In this document: positions 60,985 to 64,000 of the stretch, piece by piece
How positions within the stretch are numbered: the stretch's first letter is position 1
Layout of the letters: every line of letters begins with the position of its first letter
Assembly: GCA_034780895.1 (NCBI GenBank)
Contig: JAUZTB010000011.1
Span: 74,429,312 to 74,493,311, forward strand
Length of the DNA: 64,000 bases
DNA from: Rhynchobatus australiae
Taxonomy: Eukaryota
Direction of reading: 5' to 3'
Program-made: the position numbers and the translations under genes
Notes under the pieces: model-generated
Told to the model about the DNA's origin: nothing
What the model saw: the letters and a program-made list of their open reading frames with translations, nothing else
Databases searched by the model: none

Positions 60985-61545
60985 TCAATCGCAATCAGAT
61001 TTATTATCACTGACACATGACGTGAAATTTCTTGTTTTGCAGCAGCGCTGCAGTGCAAAGACATAAAAATCTATAAATTACAAAAACAGTGCGGGGGAAA
61101 GAAAAGAGGAATAATAAGCTAGTGTTCATGGATCGTTCAGAAATCTGATAGTGGAAGGGAAGAAGCTATTCCTGAATCATTGAGTTTGGGTCTTTAGGCT
61201 CCTTGTACCACCTCCCTTGTGGTAGTAACAAGAAAAAGGGCATGTCCCAGATGGTGAGGGTCCTTAGAGATGGATGCCACCTTCTTGAGGCACTGCTTCT
61301 TGAAGATGTCCTTGATGTTGGGGAGGGTTGTGCCCACGACGGAGCTGGCGGAGTCTACAACCCTCTGCAGCCTCTTGAGATCTTGTGCCTTCACACATCA
61401 TACCAGGCTGTGATGCAATCAATCNNNNNNNNNNNNNNNNNNNNNNNNNNNNNNNNNNNNNNNNNNNNNNNNNNNNNNNNNNNNGTAATTGCTGGTGTGC
61501 CGCCTTCGTGATTGCGTCAATGTGTTGGGCCCAGGATAGATCAAA
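60985..61545 (-). mobile_element. Rex1/Babar LINE 3' portion
   Basis: DLSWAQHIDAITKAAHQQL...AQDLKRLQRVVDSA...IFKKQCLKKVASISKDPHHLGHALF, plus the 3' UTR shared with the 25560 copy. Confidence 0.88.
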
Positions 61546-63519
61546 CAATCATTGTAAACTAAACTCGCCATGAGAAAATTAAGCCTTGCCCAATTCAGTT
61601 GAGGTATACTTTTAAACTGTGATGAGTGTTCATTAACCCTTCTATCCCACAAGAGTAAATGTTAAAAGTTTCATTCATTCATATTGTTACGTACATCCTC
61701 CCCCCCCANNNNNNNNNNNNNNNNNNNNNNNNNNNNNNNNNNNNNNNNNNNNNNNNNNNNNNNNNNNNNNNNNNNNNNNNNNNNNNNNNNNNNNNNNNNN
61801 NNNNNNNNNNNNNNNNNNNNNNNNNNNNNNNNNNNNNNNNNNNNNNNNNNNNNNNNNNNNNNNNNNNNNNNNNNNNNNNNNNNNNNNNNNNNNNNNNNNN
61901 NNNNNNNNNNNNNNNNNNNNNNNNNNNNNNNNNNNNNNNNNNNNNNNNNNNNNNNNNNNNNNNNNNNNNNNNNNNNNNNNNNNNNNNNNNNNNNNNNNNN
62001 NNNNNNNNNNNNNNNNNNNNNNNNNNNNNNNNNNNNNNNNNNNNNNNNNNNNNNNNNNNNNNNNNNNNNNNNNNNNNNNNNNNNNNNNNNNNNNNNNNNN
62101 NNNNNNNNNNNNNNNNNNNNNNNNNNNNNNNNNNNNNNNNNNNNNNNAGTTGCTTTCCCTCTTCAGTCCGATCCCAGTTACCCTAGAGAGGGTCCAGCAG
62201 CTTGGAGATTAAAGGGAAAAGGGCAAATTTAACCAACGGCAGGCAGTGTTTCTTGACCAGAAACTACAAAATTCTGAACTGTTGTAACTGCCACATAGTA
62301 GGATTAGGAAGTGACGATGTTAGTGATATGATAGATGGGATCAGTGTTAGTCTTTTGTCAGAGGTATATTCACTATTATTCAGTCTGTTTGAGACTCCTA
62401 AAGTGTCGAAGAACTAACATTTAATGATGTACAATTTGCCTCGTATATGCAAATATAAATTGTAGCTTTTGTCAAAAATTAAAACACCCATTCACACATG
62501 CTAAAGATTTTATGCCGAAAATCATTGCCAAATTAAATTAGGCTGGTAGATTTCCTTGGTGTCGAAGGCAAAAAGTCATCTAAAAGCTAATAACAGAGCT
62601 AAACTTACCAAAACAAAATGTTGCAAAAGTAGTGAGACAGAAAACGGCTATAGGATGAAATGTGAGGGAAGTGATTCAAATACATTTTGACTAGAACCCT
62701 ACAAAATGGAGTAGCATAGGGTGGTTTTTATTACTTAATCATTAAGTTGATAGTTTCAGAGTATACTTAGGTGGTAGTTGAACAGACACATCAAACATTG
62801 ATTTGCAGTGCATCAAGAGATGGTTGGAGTGTGGGATTCAATTGGATCTTTCGTTCAGACATAGGCACAACAGGCTGATGAAATTAAAGCACCTTCACAA
62901 TTTCCTGTCGACATGTCTTGTTTTATTGATGTAACCGGTTCTATTAGCAATTTTCCTCTTTATTGAAAGCATCAAAGACTTGAAGTTTCCCAACCACATT
63001 TACTGTTGAATTTAAATTGAGACTGAACACCTTATCTTGCCTTCCTATTTCTTCTTTCCAGTCCTAAGGCTTCCAACTTTGTATCATTTAGTTACTGTTT
63101 ATTTACTCTTTCTTATTTTACTCAGTTTAAACCCGCATTAGTCTTTTCCTCAAAGTAAGGAAAGACTGGATGATTCTGAATGTGCTACTTCTGTGCCTCA
63201 TTTTTGAACATGTCTTTAAAATGTTATCCTTCAGTACATTATGCAAACTAAGAATTTGGAATGAGTTTGGAAGCATTCATAGAAGAAATTTTTGTGGGCT
63301 GTTCATGGGTTGGAACATTTAGTTCTGATAAATTTTCCTAAACATCTGCTTGAGCTTGTAGATTTGTGAAGATCTATCTTATCTCAGTTTTCTTTTTGTA
63401 AAGTGATCACACATTTAACTCCAGTTGACATTGATACTTGAAGGTTTTGGTGGATCTTCAAGACTGTAACTGGATTTGTTTGTGTGATCCAGTAAAACCA
63501 CAATTTTTTGGTACAAAAC

Positions 63520-63650
63520 AAAATGGTACAAATGCTGGAATATCTGAAATAAAAAATAGTAAAGGTAAGAACTACTTGGGTCAGGAGCAATCTGTGGAGA
63601 GAAAACTTAACATTCAGATCCATGTCCTATTTTAGAACTGGAAAGAATAG
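63520..63650 (-). repeat. Penelope-derived terminal repeat copy (others near 16890, 19530, 57298, 58660)
   Basis: atgctggaatatctgaaataaaaa...gggtcagg.gcaatctgtggagaga. Confidence 0.6.
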
Positions 63651-64000
63651 ATAAAACAATAGATGCAATAAAAAAAAACAAAAGGAGATTTCTACAGAGA
63701 AATTAACTACTAAAAAGGATATTGGTACAAAGCAAAAAGGGGTGGTGATTGGGCAAATAAAAGATGTTGAAGAAAATGTTGGAGCTGGAAATAAAGTGCC
63801 TGAAATTCTTGGACTGTCTGAAAGACTGGCTTGTTGAAAGACGTAAGAAATTAGATGCAGAATGTATGTGTTTGGGGTCTGAGAACAGAACCCACAGTGG
63901 GAAGCTCTTCAGAGGAGGTGAGATCATTGACAGTCTTGGAAGCAAAATGGGTGAATTGGTGGTTCTTTGGGTATGTTGGATGGTTAGAACTCAGCTTTTT

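Noticed and set aside
58433-64000. Absence of the next MYCBP2 exon as a sign of truncation
   Set aside because: It may lie in the gaps at 60205-60711 or 61709-62147, or beyond the window
1-64000. CRISPR array, operon, prophage or other prokaryote-type system
   Set aside because: No regularly spaced repeats or intronless gene clusters; spliceosomal exons and vertebrate TEs account for the recognisable structure

Overview
This window is eukaryotic, AT-rich, gap-riddled vertebrate genomic DNA. The repeats (HE1/V-SINE, HER1/CR1 tails, DeuSINE, Penelope, Tx1, Rex1) point to a cartilaginous fish (shark or ray); the species cannot be determined. The whole window lies inside one + strand gene, MYCBP2 (PAM/Phr1/Highwire/RPM-1 family E3 ubiquitin ligase). 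I traced 36 exons by hand translation against the mammalian protein as I remember it. They run from the end of the RCC1-like region (861) through both PHR domains, the filamin-like region, a tandem SH3b-like pair, the 1.65-kb Ser/Lys-rich exon and a Cys/His-rich segment (to 58432). Splice phases are consistent wherever consecutive exons are visible; about three expected exons are not visible and probably fall in N-gaps. Most ORFs in the supplied track are exon read-through, TE debris or gap artefacts. There is no prokaryote-type system (CRISPR, operon, defence island). The most interesting signals are: two frame-preserving candidate microexons (27 nt at 37681, 45 nt at 48371); a cluster of symmetric phase-1 cassette exons with candidate poison exons; a GC-AG intron; a domain duplication with a shared intron position; a triple-nested retroelement; and Penelope repeats with hammerhead-ribozyme remnants. 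No database search was run, so novelty is unverified.
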